Positions 1 through 10,742 of a stretch of 61,849 nt of DNA are shown here, one piece after another. The DNA comes from Acinetobacter sp. GTDB taxonomy: Bacteria > Pseudomonadota > Gammaproteobacteria > Pseudomonadales > Moraxellaceae. Position 1 is the first letter of the stretch. Every line of letters begins with the position of its first letter. Position numbers and translations under genes: made by a program. Location: NCBI GenBank assembly GCA_008017315.1, contig SSHE01000001.1, forward strand, positions 1 to 61,849. Reading direction: 5' to 3'. The notes under the pieces were generated by a model. The model did not search any database and was not told the DNA's origin. It worked only from the letters and a program-made list of their open reading frames with translations.

Positions 1-1
1 A

Positions 2-1216
2 GTGAGCGAGGAAGTAAGTCGTGTAAAAACAGCGATAGAAACTCTTAAAGATAGTTTACCTGATACTATTTTTATCAATGATACCAATTTGGAAGGTTTG
101 CCTCATGCGGATTTGTTAAAGCAACAACGTAGCATTTTAGAGACGTTAAAAACTGGTTTGACTCAACAATTGGGACAGTTGGAACAGCTTGTTCAGACTA
201 CAAGCATACAGTTATTACCAATTCAACAAACATTAATTGAAAAGCAGAAAGTTGAAGAAAGACATTTAGAAAATGCTTTCAAGGAAATACCTGCTAGTCA
301 AGGGAAGACAGGTCGACAAATTGGTGCTGAATTTCAGGCTTTATTGAAGCAAATTGAACAGATCCGTCCAAAGCAAATAACATTACAAAACCGACAGGCT
401 CAAATTGATGAGTTATATAGTCAGCGCAAAAAACTATTGTTAGAACTAGATCAGCATACTACTGCTCGAGCAAGTAGTATGCAAAAGTCAGTGACACGAT
501 TAAATCGAAAGCTAGATCAAAAAGTTAAACTTACTTTACAACCCGAAGGGAATCGTCAGCCATTGGTTGATTTTCTAAACACATGTAGTTTAGAAGGTGT
601 TGGACTTAAACGACTTGCTTGGGTATTAGAACAAGAATTTTCACCAGCGAACCTTGCCGCCACCATTCGTAAAGGTGAGACGGCGTTAGTAAGCAAATTC
701 AGTATTCCTGATTCAGTTGTACGAGCTCTAATACACTTATCAGAGCAAAAATTGTTAGAAATAGAAGAGTTACTGTTGCCAGATACCATGACCATTGAAC
801 TTAATGTAACTCATGGTGAACGAGATGCTATTTTCCGACCGATTGATGATCTTTCTACAGGGCAGCAATGTACAGCGGTCTTACATTTATTGCTTTTAGA
901 TAATCAAGACCCGTTGATTCTTGATCAGCCTGAAGATAATTTGGATAACGCATTTATTGCCGAACGCATTGTTGCAGAGCTTCGTAGAGCTAAACTTAGT
1001 CGTCAATTTCTCTTTGCTACACATAATGCCAATATTCCTGTATTTGGTGATGCAGAATGGATTGGTGTGTTAAGTGTTCAAGACAACAAAGGGATGATTC
1101 TACCAGAGCAACAAGGTGCGATTGATGTACTGAAAGTTCAAGAGTTGGCGGCAGATATATTAGAGGGTGGTAAAAGTGCATTTAACCAACGTCGTGAAAA
1201 GTATGGTTTTAATTAA
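2..1216 (+). CDS. C-terminal part of a coiled-coil ABC/SMC-like ATPase (Ppl/TrlF-like), 5'-truncated by the window edge
   Basis: Long coiled coil, then ABC signature LSTGQ, Walker B/D-loop LILDQPEDNLD and H-loop ATHNAN. No Walker A in the window, so the N-terminus lies upstream. Confidence 0.8.
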   Translation: MSEEVSRVKTAIETLKDSLPDTIFINDTNLEGLPHADLLKQQRSILETLKTGLTQQLGQLEQLVQTTSIQLLPIQQTLIEKQKVEERHLENAFKEIPASQGKTGRQIGAEFQALLKQIEQIRPKQITLQNRQAQIDELYSQRKKLLLELDQHTTARASSMQKSVTRLNRKLDQKVKLTLQPEGNRQPLVDFLNTCSLEGVGLKRLAWVLEQEFSPANLAATIRKGETALVSKFSIPDSVVRALIHLSEQKLLEIEELLLPDTMTIELNVTHGERDAIFRPIDDLSTGQQCTAVLHLLLLDNQDPLILDQPEDNLDNAFIAERIVAELRRAKLSRQFLFATHNANIPVFGDAEWIGVLSVQDNKGMILPEQQGAIDVLKVQELAADILEGGKSAFNQRREKYGFN

Positions 1217-1236
1217 TATTTTTAGGTTTTAGGTAG

Positions 1237-2463
1237 ATGACAATGTTAAAAACTGAGTTGTTGGAACTTATTGCCAACGGTGAAAATTCAGGTATTGAGT
1301 TTAAACGCGATGATATTCGTCCTGAGCAACTGGCGAAAGAAGTGGTTGCTATGGCGAACTTTCAAGGTGGGCGTGTACTGCTAGGTGTGGAAGATGATGG
1401 CACGGTGAGTAGTGTACAAAGACCAGACTTAGAAGAATGGGTGATGAATATATTTCAAAATAAAATTCACCCAATGATTTTACCCTTTTACGAAGAGGTT
1501 AAACTTGATGATGGTAAAACAGTTGCTGTAGTAAGTTTTCCAATAGGTATTTCTAAGCCTTACGTGCTGCGTCATAGTGGGAAAGAGGAAATCTATATTC
1601 GTGTTGGTACAACCTCACGCTTGGCAACTCGAGAGCAGCAAATGCGTTTGTTTGAGTTAGGTGGCATGTTGCATACCGAAGTGATGCCTGTACCTCGTAC
1701 TGATATGAGTTGTTTAGATGATGCTCGATTGATGAATTATATTCGAGATATTTTACGTGATCCTGATGTACCACAATCTACAGAGGCATGGCAAGCGAGA
1801 TTACTTGGATTGGGTTTTCTGACCGAAGCTGCTGGCAATATTTGCTGTACGATTGCAGGTTTGATTTTATTTGGTAAAAATCCACGACGCTATTTAAAAC
1901 AAGCAGGTTTAAGAATGATGGCATTTCAGGGGGATGATAAGGAATATCAAGCTGCACTTGATGAAATTATTGATGGTCCAATGGTGGGGCGTTGGGATAT
2001 AAGCAACGGTGATAAACAGTTGGTCGATGGTGGTATAATTGAACGCTTTATGGAGGCAATGACTCCTTTTATATCGCAACAATCGGCTGATGTGAATACT
2101 GAATTAAGACGAGAAATACAATGGCTTTATGCTCTTGAAGCGGTTCGTGAAGCATTGGTGAATGCACTTGCACACCGTGATTGGACACGTTTTGTAGAAA
2201 TTGAGGTTTCTGCTTATTCAAATCGGCTTGAGATTATTAGCCCAGGTACATTACCCAATTCAATGACGATAGAAAAGATGAAAGCAGGTCAGCGTTCACC
2301 TCGTAATACTATTGTGATGGAGGTCTTGCGTGATTATGGTTATGTTGATTCTCGTGGTATGGGCGTAAGAACAAAAATTGTACCTTTGACCAAAGCCTTA
2401 ACAGGTAAAGAACCTGAATTTGAACTTACAGAAGATTATTTAAAAACTGTTTTGTATCGCTAG
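1237..2463 (+). CDS. Schlafen/AlbA_2 domain + HATPase_c_4 (RecG C-terminal-like) protein
   Basis: N-terminal GENSGIEFK...AMAN..GG.VLLGVEDDG and YIRVG.TSR (AlbA_2); C-terminal REALVNALAHRD, SPG and RN motifs. Starts 20 bp after the ATPase. Confidence 0.85.
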   Translation: MTMLKTELLELIANGENSGIEFKRDDIRPEQLAKEVVAMANFQGGRVLLGVEDDGTVSSVQRPDLEEWVMNIFQNKIHPMILPFYEEVKLDDGKTVAVVSFPIGISKPYVLRHSGKEEIYIRVGTTSRLATREQQMRLFELGGMLHTEVMPVPRTDMSCLDDARLMNYIRDILRDPDVPQSTEAWQARLLGLGFLTEAAGNICCTIAGLILFGKNPRRYLKQAGLRMMAFQGDDKEYQAALDEIIDGPMVGRWDISNGDKQLVDGGIIERFMEAMTPFISQQSADVNTELRREIQWLYALEAVREALVNALAHRDWTRFVEIEVSAYSNRLEIISPGTLPNSMTIEKMKAGQRSPRNTIVMEVLRDYGYVDSRGMGVRTKIVPLTKALTGKEPEFELTEDYLKTVLYR

Positions 2464-2656
2464 AGTGTATCGTCATGAGATTTTCAGCCACATCATAAAC
2501 CGTATCTGTAATGCGGCTTTAAAGGAATTAGTTTTTTATGCTCAAAGATGATGCAATCATCCATATCGACGGTTGGACAGCAAGCCTGAATCGTACGTTG
2601 CAAACCTATAAAAATGAGCAAGTGAAGATTGTATTTTAAACAAAGGTCAATGAATA

Positions 2657-3217
2657 ATGTATATCGCAGGTGTGGATGAAGCAGGACGAGGGCCTTTGAT
2701 TGGTTCGGTGGTGGCGGCAGCGGTGATTCTCGATCCCGATAATCCAATCCAAGGTCTGAATGATTCAAAAAAACTCACCGCCAAAAAACGTGAGCAACTG
2801 TTGATTGAAATCCAACAAAAAGCCCTTGCATGGTCAATCGCCGAAGCCACACATGTAGAAATTGACCAGCTCAATATTTTGCAAGCGACCATGTTAGCCA
2901 TGCAAAGAGCGGTTGCAGGCTTAAAGCAAACGCCTGATTTGGTGCGTATCGATGGCAATCGTTGCCCAGCATTGGCGGTTGCCTGTGAAGCGGTGATAGG
3001 CGGCGATGCCTTACATGCCGAAATCAGTGCTGCCAGTATTTTGGCAAAAGTCACACGAGATAGACAAATGCAAGAAATGGACAAAGATTACCCACAATAT
3101 GGCTTTGCCAAGCACAATGGCTATCCAACCAAAGCCCATATTGCTGCAATCCAACAATACGGTGTCTTAGCTGAACATCGTAGAAGTTATAAACCGATTA
3201 AACTTGTGCTTGGCTGA
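2657..3217 (+). CDS. rnhB: Ribonuclease HII
   Basis: [27 protein letters not shown] and HRRSY motifs. Confidence 0.97.
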   Translation: MYIAGVDEAGRGPLIGSVVAAAVILDPDNPIQGLNDSKKLTAKKREQLLIEIQQKALAWSIAEATHVEIDQLNILQATMLAMQRAVAGLKQTPDLVRIDGNRCPALAVACEAVIGGDALHAEISAASILAKVTRDRQMQEMDKDYPQYGFAKHNGYPTKAHIAAIQQYGVLAEHRRSYKPIKLVLG

Positions 3218-3234
3218 TGTTCGGTGATGTTGAT

Positions 3235-5862
3235 TTAAAGCTGTTGTTTCAGCTGATATAAAGCATCTAACGCCTGACGAGGGGTGAGATTGTCCACATC
3301 TAATTGGCGTAAGGCATCCTCAATGACAGAAGATGGAACTTCTGCAATCGGTGCAATCTCTTCAATCGGATCCTCAAGCTGGGCAAATAAATCGGCTTGG
3401 GCGGCGTGTGGTTGTTGCTGCTGATGGTGTTCTAATTGTGCTAATTTTTTCTGGGCAGTTTTAATCACATTCGCAGGGATGCCTGCCAATTTGGCCACTT
3501 GTAAACCATGACTTTGGCTGGCTGCTCCATGCTGTACTTTATGTAATAAAATCAGTTGCCCATTCACTTCCTTGGCGACCACATGATAATTATCAATACC
3601 AGTTTCATGCTCAAGTTCGGTGAGTTCGAAATAATGTGTGGCAAACATACACAGGCATTTAATCCGCTTGGTTAAATCCAATACACACGCCCAAGCCAAG
3701 GATAAACCATCATAAGTGCTGGTACCACGTCCAACCTCATCCATGAGTACCAGTGATTGGCTGGTGGCATGGTGTAGGATTTGTGCGGTTTCGGTCATTT
3801 CAACCATAAAGGTGGATTTGCCCGAAGATAAATCATCGGCTGAACCAATGCGGGTAAAAATACGGTCAATACTCCCCAGTTTGGCGACTTGTGCAGGTAC
3901 AAAACTGCCACAATGTGCCAATAGGACAATCAAAGCCGTCTGCCGCATATAGGTCGATTTTCCACCCATATTGGGGCCTGTGATAATGGCGAGACGATGC
4001 TGATGCTCAAGATGGGTGTCGTTGTGTGTATATGGGGTTTTAATCAGAGCTTCAACCACAGGATGCCGACCTGCCTGAATGTGAATCCCTGTTTCGAGTT
4101 GAAATTCAGGACGTTGCCAATAGCGTAAGCGTGCCTGTGCTGACCAATTACTATACACATCCAGCTCGGCAATGGCACGACTCATGACTTGTAAGGCGGC
4201 AATATCTTGGCGTAATTCTTCTAGTAGCATCTCATACAAGGCTTTTTCACGTTGTAAGGCACGTGATTCGCTAGACAACACTTTATCTTCAAAACTTTTT
4301 AATTCTGGTGTGATATAACGCTCGGCATTTTTTAGCGTTTGCCTACGGATAAAATGTGCTGGGGCTTGTGCAGATTGGGCTTTGGTGAGTTCGATAAAAT
4401 AGCCACTGACTCGATTGTAGCCAATTTTTAAGGTATTAATCCCTGTGAGTTCACGCTCACGGATTTCCAAATCTAGTAAGAATTGTCCTGCATGGTCACG
4501 GATTTTGCGTAATTCATCCAGTTCATCATCAAAACCTTCGGCAATCACACCACCTTCACGCAGCAATACGGGCGGCAATTCCACAATGGCATGGGTTAAA
4601 CGCTCATAAATAGACTGGAATTGCCCCAGTTCCTCTGCAATGTGTTGTAATGCAGTTGGATGCTGTGCCAAAGCTGGTTTTAACGCATGATGTAAAAAGG
4701 GTAATTGCCCACAGGCCTGACGTAATTGCACCAAATCCCGAGGGCGTGCCGTGCCCAGTGCAATACGGGATAGCACACGTTCAATATCACCCATCTCTTT
4801 TAAAACCAAGCGGATCGGTTCTTCATGAAAACCTTGTAATAAAGTCTGTACTGCATTTAAGCGTTGTTCCAGTAGGGCAGTATCTCGAATCGGTTGCGTG
4901 AGATGACGTGCCAATAAGCGTGCACCCATGGCAGTTTTACAATCATTGATCAAACCATATAACGATGTGCCATGCTCAAATAATGGCTCGATAATTTCCA
5001 AATTGCGTCGTGTGATGGGATCAAGTGCAATAAATTGTTCAGATTGTTCAACTTTAATACTGGTTAAATGTGGTAGGGCGGTTTTTTGGGTTTCTCTAGC
5101 ATAATGAATCAGTGCAGCAGCAGCAGCCTGTGCCAGTGTGAGATGCTCAATCCCAAAGCCTGCCAATGATTGCACAGCGAACTGATCACATAGAGTTTTG
5201 TAGGCATTTTTGGTATTAAAATCGACGTTTGGACGAGTGGTAATCGGGCACTCAATACTGTGTTGAATAAAATCAATAATATTTTTATCAATTAAATCCT
5301 CATCAATAATCAGCTCGCTTGGGGCAATACGTGCCATTTCTAGCCCAATATGCGTAGGTTTAAATTCCTGCTGTTGTACCCGAAATAAACCCGCACTTAA
5401 ATCTAAAATCGCAATACCAATTTGATTGTGTTGAATGGCTAAAGCAACCAGATGAATATTTTGGGTACGACCCAGTAGCGCATCATCGGTTAAAGTGCCA
5501 GGTGTTAAAATCCGCACAACTTTACGCTGCATGGGTGCCTTAGCACGAGAGCCAGCACTCTCGCCCTCGCCCACTTGTTCACAAATCGCAACGGTACAAC
5601 CTGCCTTAACCAATCGTGCCAAATAACCTTCGGCAGCATGATAAGGCACACCAGCCATGGGAATTGGTTCACCGCCTGATTTGCCCCGATGGGTCAGGGT
5701 AATGCCTAGAATTTTGACCGCTTTGTGTGCATCATCAAAAAATAGCTCATAAAAATCGCCCATACGATAGAACAATAAGGCATGAGGATATTCAGTTTTG
5801 GTGTTGAGGTACTGCTGCATCATAGGAGTGTGGTTGGAAAAGTCTGCGATGTTATTATTCAT
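3235..5862 (-). CDS. mutS: DNA mismatch repair protein MutS
   Basis: [35 protein letters not shown]. Confidence 0.99.
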   Translation of the reverse strand: MNNNIADFSNHTPMMQQYLNTKTEYPHALLFYRMGDFYELFFDDAHKAVKILGITLTHRGKSGGEPIPMAGVPYHAAEGYLARLVKAGCTVAICEQVGEGESAGSRAKAPMQRKVVRILTPGTLTDDALLGRTQNIHLVALAIQHNQIGIAILDLSAGLFRVQQQEFKPTHIGLEMARIAPSELIIDEDLIDKNIIDFIQHSIECPITTRPNVDFNTKNAYKTLCDQFAVQSLAGFGIEHLTLAQAAAAALIHYARETQKTALPHLTSIKVEQSEQFIALDPITRRNLEIIEPLFEHGTSLYGLINDCKTAMGARLLARHLTQPIRDTALLEQRLNAVQTLLQGFHEEPIRLVLKEMGDIERVLSRIALGTARPRDLVQLRQACGQLPFLHHALKPALAQHPTALQHIAEELGQFQSIYERLTHAIVELPPVLLREGGVIAEGFDDELDELRKIRDHAGQFLLDLEIRERELTGINTLKIGYNRVSGYFIELTKAQSAQAPAHFIRRQTLKNAERYITPELKSFEDKVLSSESRALQREKALYEMLLEELRQDIAALQVMSRAIAELDVYSNWSAQARLRYWQRPEFQLETGIHIQAGRHPVVEALIKTPYTHNDTHLEHQHRLAIITGPNMGGKSTYMRQTALIVLLAHCGSFVPAQVAKLGSIDRIFTRIGSADDLSSGKSTFMVEMTETAQILHHATSQSLVLMDEVGRGTSTYDGLSLAWACVLDLTKRIKCLCMFATHYFELTELEHETGIDNYHVVAKEVNGQLILLHKVQHGAASQSHGLQVAKLAGIPANVIKTAQKKLAQLEHHQQQQPHAAQADLFAQLEDPIEEIAPIAEVPSSVIEDALRQLDVDNLTPRQALDALYQLKQQL

Positions 5863-6020
5863 TATTGCAAAAATCCTTTATTTTCAATGTATTTAAAATT
5901 GTACAACATAAAATGAATATCCGAGGGTATGGGATGAAAACGCAGTAAATACAGCCTAAGCCAAAACATGAGTGCAGGCCGTTTTAGTTTAAACCAGCCA
6001 TCAGTGCTTATCAATAAAAG

Positions 6021-6048
6021 AAAAACCCTGCAATGAACACAGGGTTTT
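6021..6048. terminator. Intrinsic terminator downstream of phoD
   Basis: AAAACCCTG-N9-CAGGGTTTT inverted repeat. Confidence 0.65.
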
Positions 6049-6108
6049 AACTTCGGGAGGATAGGCGTTAGACTAGTCTTTAAATCGCTAATGGTATTAC
6101 ACCATTGA

Positions 6109-7863
6109 TTATAAAGTTTTTAGACGTTTTAAGTTTCGATCGAGTAATATTTCATAGCCTCGGGTATTATCCACCTGATATGTCGCATTCTTAATCGAAT
6201 CCAGATACACCCACTTAGACTGTACTTGCGTGTCATTGAACTCAACCAACAAATAACCACGCTGATTTAAATTGCAATAATTCAATTCATCAATCAGACC
6301 AGTAAATGCACCTTCAAAGCTTTGCAGTTGCTGCAATGGAATTTGTAGGTATTTTTCCAAACCTGGTGAAGACACCGAACTGGTCGCCAGCTCGACACCC
6401 ACAAATACACCATCCTTACTCTTCAGCTCTGAAGACCACGCATTATGGGTATCGCCTGCCAAGACCACCACTTTTTTGTTTAATTGTGCCAACGTGCCGT
6501 ACAGCATTTCACGTTCTACAAAATAACCATCCCACGCATCTAGGTTATAAGGGGCAACTGTACTGAGTCTTGCTTTTTCCCCTGCGGTTACGCTTGGGTC
6601 ACCTGCGGCAATACGTGCTTTAATCGTCAATAATTCAGCAATCTGCTTGGTCATTTTATTGAGCGTTTCGGCACTCGGATTGCCTGCGGTAATTTCTGCC
6701 AGTGACAATAACAGTTCAGCAGGCACCAACATTTTGGTCATTAAAATTTGCTGACCCAACACATTCCATGTAGCAGTTGATTGTTGCAATTTAGCTAATA
6801 GCCAATTACGTTGTTCCAAACCCATAAGCGTGCGGTTTGGACTCAATAGATCCGTTTGAAATTTTGCGATATCCAAGCCTGCTGCGGTCATATAATTGGC
6901 ATACTCCAGCTGCTCATCACGCGCAATAATTCGTGTATCGAGCATCGTGAGTTGTACCAATTGACCAAAATCAAACTGGCGGTAAATTTTTAAATGTTCA
7001 TCTTTGGCCACAGGGCGAATGGGCATCCATTCAAAATAAGCTTGTAACGCTGCAAATTTGCGTTCTAGGAACGTGCCTTCTTTCTCTGGTTGATGGTTTT
7101 CTGCACCGTCTTTCCATGTATCATTGGCCAACTCATGGTCATCCCAAATCACAATAAACGGATGACGATGATGCAAGGCTTGTAAATCTTTATCCGTGCG
7201 GTACAGTGCATAGCGTTTGCGATAATCTTCTAATTTGATAATTTCTTTATTATTATCCGCAGGAAGCAGTCGCCCTAATTTTGCTGCATCTTCCGTGGCA
7301 TAACCATCGGCACCATATTCATAAATATAGTCCCCGAGATGAATGACCACATCGACATTCTGCTTGGCCATTTCACGGTATACATAAAAATGCCCTGCGG
7401 GATAATTCGAACAAGAACACACTGCAAAACTGACGTTGCTGGCACTGGTTGGCAAGGTTTTAGTCTGCCCCACTGGCGAAGTTTTGTCGCCAAATTTAAA
7501 TCGATAGAAATAACGTTGATCAGGTTTCAGTCCTGTTGCATCGACTTTCACGGTAAAATCTTGTGCTGCTGAAGTTTGTACTTTATCTGTCTTAACTATT
7601 TGCGTAAACTGTTGATCTAAAGCAATTTCCCAGCTTACATCCAAGCGTGCTGTAGTATCACTAGGCGTCACCCGTGTCCACAAAATCACCCGGTCTTGTA
7701 ATGGATCACCACTGGCCACGCCGTGTTCAAAATTGACTTGTAGGGTAGCGGTTTCTTGATCTGAACCATCATCACAGCCCGTAAAACCCACAGATAAAGA
7801 TAAAGCCCCAAAGCCAAATAGACTCTTTTGAATGAGTTCACGGCGTGAAAGTTTGGCTGTCAT
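6109..7863 (-). CDS. phoD: PhoD-family alkaline phosphatase, Tat-exported lipoprotein
   Basis: SRRELI Tat motif, FTGC lipobox, HGVASGDP, HLGDYIYE, WDDHE, DAWDGY, GDTH. Confidence 0.95.
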   Translation of the reverse strand: MTAKLSRRELIQKSLFGFGALSLSVGFTGCDDGSDQETATLQVNFEHGVASGDPLQDRVILWTRVTPSDTTARLDVSWEIALDQQFTQIVKTDKVQTSAAQDFTVKVDATGLKPDQRYFYRFKFGDKTSPVGQTKTLPTSASNVSFAVCSCSNYPAGHFYVYREMAKQNVDVVIHLGDYIYEYGADGYATEDAAKLGRLLPADNNKEIIKLEDYRKRYALYRTDKDLQALHHRHPFIVIWDDHELANDTWKDGAENHQPEKEGTFLERKFAALQAYFEWMPIRPVAKDEHLKIYRQFDFGQLVQLTMLDTRIIARDEQLEYANYMTAAGLDIAKFQTDLLSPNRTLMGLEQRNWLLAKLQQSTATWNVLGQQILMTKMLVPAELLLSLAEITAGNPSAETLNKMTKQIAELLTIKARIAAGDPSVTAGEKARLSTVAPYNLDAWDGYFVEREMLYGTLAQLNKKVVVLAGDTHNAWSSELKSKDGVFVGVELATSSVSSPGLEKYLQIPLQQLQSFEGAFTGLIDELNYCNLNQRGYLLVEFNDTQVQSKWVYLDSIKNATYQVDNTRGYEILLDRNLKRLKTL

Positions 7864-7905
7864 TACATTACTTCCTTAATAAAGGTCTATTGAGATAGAT
7901 GCGTT

Positions 7906-7950
7906 AGATTAGAGTGTAAAAGTGAAGCTTTAATGACGCTTAAATGACAA
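7906..7950 (-). promoter_or_regulatory. Pho box (three 11-bp direct repeats) and -10 element upstream of phoD
   Basis: Minus strand reads TTGTCAT-TTAA-GCGTCAT-TAAA-GCTTCAC, then 10 bp, then TAATCT; matches the PhoB CTGTCAT-N4 repeat geometry. Confidence 0.8.
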
Positions 7951-8063
7951 AATAAATCTTGAGGACTTACGCATTGATAGGCAGTGGGAAATAAGAAAGA
8001 AATAGTATAAATGATCCATGATGAGATGAACTAAACATGGAGGATATTACTCTAAATTTTAGC

Positions 8064-8090
8064 CAAAAAAAAACCAGCATAAGCTGATTC
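8064..8090 (-). terminator. Terminator of the tRNA-Cys/Leu transcript
   Basis: Minus strand GAATCAGC-TTAT-GCTGGTTT followed by a T run. Confidence 0.6.
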
Positions 8091-8114
8091 TTTATCATTA
8101 ACACCATTTTAAAA

Positions 8115-8200
8115 TGGTGCCCGAGGCCAGACTCGAACTGGCACGCTTTGTGGGCGGGGGATTTTAAATCCCCTGTGTCTACCGATTTCACCACTCGGGC
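8115..8200 (-). tRNA. tRNA-Leu (anticodon TAA)
   Basis: GCCCGAGTGGTGAAATCGGTAGACAC...GATTTAAAATC...GTTCGAGTCTGGCCTCGGGCACCA; long variable arm, CCA encoded. Confidence 0.97.
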
Positions 8201-8209
8201 TTACCAAGT

Positions 8210-8283
8210 TGGAGGCGGAGGTCGGAATCGAACCGGCGTCCACGGAGTTGCAGTCCGCTGCATGACCACTCTGCCACCCCGCC
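8210..8283 (-). tRNA. tRNA-Cys (anticodon GCA)
   Basis: GGCGGGGTGGCAGAGTGG...GGACTGCAACTCC...GGTTCGATTCCGACCTCCGCCTCCA. Confidence 0.97.
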
Positions 8284-8434
8284 TACTTGGTGAAGCACAT
8301 ATTAACAATGTTTATGAAAAAAACAAGACTACAAGTCGATAATATGTGCAGAAAAACAACATATAACCGCAAAACAAGCCCAAGATAATGTATCATTTGC
8401 AAAATTAAATGTTGAGTTCGTTTGGAGGTGGGTT

Positions 8435-9283
8435 GTGGCATTGGTATTAGATGGTCGTGCATTGGCAAACCAGATTGAAGCAGATTTATGCACTCGTGTA
8501 GAAAAATTGAAGGCAAAAACTGGACGTACGCCAATTTTGGCAACGATTTTAGTTGGAGATGATGGTGCATCGGCAACTTATGTACGTATGAAGGGTAATG
8601 CTTGCCGTCGTGTTGGTATGGACTCTTTAAAAATTGAATTGCCACAAACAACGACAACCGAACAACTCTTGGCAGAAATTGAAAAATTAAATGCCAATCC
8701 TGATGTGCATGGTATTTTATTGCAGCATCCAGTACCAGAACAGATTGATGAACGTGCCTGTTTTGATGCTATTGCATTGGCGAAAGATGTAGATGGCGTG
8801 ACTTGTCTAGGTTTTGGGCGTATGGCAATGGGTGAGGCGGCTTATGGTTCGGCAACGCCACAAGGGATTATGACGATTTTGCAAGAATATGGGATTGAAA
8901 TTGCAGCGAAACATGCGGTTGTCGTAGGACGTTCGGCCATTTTGGGTAAACCAATGGCGATGATGTTATTACAAGCCAATGCGACAGTAACCATTTGCCA
9001 TTCACGTACTCAAAATCTAGCGGAATTGGTCAAACAAGCAGATATTATTGTCGGTGCAGTGGGTAAAGCTGAGTTGATTCAACAAGACTGGATTAAGTCA
9101 GGTGCGGTGGTTGTGGATGCAGGTTTCCATCCACGTGATGGCGGCGGTGTGGGAGATATTCAATTGCAAGGCATTGAAAATATTGCATCAGCTTATACGC
9201 CTGTACCTGGGGGAGTTGGGCCAATGACCATTACCACTCTCATTCGCCAAACGGTTGAGGCTGCCGAAAAAGCATGCGTTTAA
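8435..9283 (+). CDS. folD: Methylenetetrahydrofolate dehydrogenase/cyclohydrolase
   Basis: [30 protein letters not shown]; GTG start preceded by GGAGG. Confidence 0.97.
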   Translation: MALVLDGRALANQIEADLCTRVEKLKAKTGRTPILATILVGDDGASATYVRMKGNACRRVGMDSLKIELPQTTTTEQLLAEIEKLNANPDVHGILLQHPVPEQIDERACFDAIALAKDVDGVTCLGFGRMAMGEAAYGSATPQGIMTILQEYGIEIAAKHAVVVGRSAILGKPMAMMLLQANATVTICHSRTQNLAELVKQADIIVGAVGKAELIQQDWIKSGAVVVDAGFHPRDGGGVGDIQLQGIENIASAYTPVPGGVGPMTITTLIRQTVEAAEKACV

Positions 9284-9284
9284 G

Positions 9285-9953
9285 ATGAGTTGTACTTTTC
9301 AAATGTTAAAAGCACCACAACATTTACTTGATGCTTTGCATCAGATTATTCCCAATGGTGAACTTGTGGCACAACAGTTGCCACAAACATCAATTTCACT
9401 ATGGTTGATTCCGCCTGTTTTTTCCAATGATAGGCTGGATGATGAGGTGATACGCCGCATCTGGAATGATACCCCATACTGGATTTTCTGCTGGGCTTCG
9501 GGTTTGGCGATGGCACAGTGGCTGATGGCTGAACCACATCATGTACGAGATAAAGTTGTGCTGGATTTTGGTGCAGGGTCGGGCGTGGTGGCAATTGCAG
9601 CAAAATTAGCAGGGGCAAAACGAGTCATTTGCTGTGATATAGATCCAATCAGTTTGGATGCCTGTCGGGAAAATGCCTTGCTGAATGATGTTGAACTGGA
9701 ATATTTAGACGACTTATACAAGACGGAACAGGTGGATGTCTTATTGGCTGCCGATGTGTTGTATGACCAGTGCAATCGTTTTTTTCTGGATGAATTTTTA
9801 AAATTTTCGCCAACGGTTTGGGTGGCAGATAGTCGGGTGAAAAATTTTACTCATCCTAAATACATCAAGGTGGATGAGCGTAGTGCGACCACACACCCAG
9901 ACCTCGATGAAGCCAATGAATTTCGTAATGTTAGCTTTTATAAAACACTGTAA
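9285..9953 (+). CDS. Class I SAM-dependent methyltransferase (protein-lysine methyltransferase-like)
   Basis: PYWIFCWASG, VLDFGAGSG, AADVLY; ATG lies immediately after the folD stop. Confidence 0.85.
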   Translation: MSCTFQMLKAPQHLLDALHQIIPNGELVAQQLPQTSISLWLIPPVFSNDRLDDEVIRRIWNDTPYWIFCWASGLAMAQWLMAEPHHVRDKVVLDFGAGSGVVAIAAKLAGAKRVICCDIDPISLDACRENALLNDVELEYLDDLYKTEQVDVLLAADVLYDQCNRFFLDEFLKFSPTVWVADSRVKNFTHPKYIKVDERSATTHPDLDEANEFRNVSFYKTL

Positions 9954-9962
9954 AGTCGTGTT

Positions 9963-10409
9963 TTAACTACAGCTATAACGAATGACTTTGAGCATACGTG
10001 GGCGAGTTTCCAGTGCTTGATGTGTTGCATAGTCATCTGCACCATGATTTAACCGTGGTGTTTGGGACAAACCAAAAGATGTTGAGGTTTGTCCAAGCGT
10101 AATGCCTTGCTGTGATGTTTCGGCTACTGGTGCAACGATTTCCTGTTGGTTGAAAATCGTGATTTTATAGCGTTTATGTTTGCCAAGTACATGCTGGCAG
10201 GCAGCTTGTAATTTCGCCTGTTGTTTTTCAGGGTGGCTATTATTGGCAAGCGTGTAGTTGAGTGTTGCGGTACTGCTGGTTTGGTTCTCAATCTGATAGC
10301 CTGAATAACCGTTATACGATTTTGCTGTGCTTTGGCAAGCAGTGAGTGCAAGAACGCATGTCATGGAAATTAAAGTCGAAAAAAAGTTCATTGATGTTAT
10401 TTCCTTCAT
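9963..10409 (-). CDS. Hypothetical lipoprotein
   Basis: Hydrophobic leader with LTAC lipobox. Confidence 0.75.
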   Translation of the reverse strand: MKEITSMNFFSTLISMTCVLALTACQSTAKSYNGYSGYQIENQTSSTATLNYTLANNSHPEKQQAKLQAACQHVLGKHKRYKITIFNQQEIVAPVAETSQQGITLGQTSTSFGLSQTPRLNHGADDYATHQALETRPRMLKVIRYSCS

Positions 10410-10742
10410 TTTTTTTAGTATCGCATAAAGCTGCGATATTATGAATAAGTGAATGGTATTCTATACAGATACTTTTGATGAGATAATTTGTGTAGTCATT
10501 TGCATTTTTCTTCTTTGATATTCAGTGTCTAAGTATCAATTTATTTGCATATTTTTATAGCAAACCCAATGGGGAATCGCATGAGAATTGTAAATTTATG
10601 GCAAAAAATGAAAAAAGTTGATGTATTTGTGTCGAAAACAGGGTATCGTGTAACAGATTAGGGATAGTACACTGTTAATCTAGTGTGCATAAACACAGGG
10701 CTTTGGTGACAATGGTTACCTAAAACAAAAAAAAGAGTTTCT

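Noticed and set aside
5863-8114. phoD as an island integrated at tRNA-Leu
   Set aside because: No duplicated tRNA 3' end and no integrase seen.
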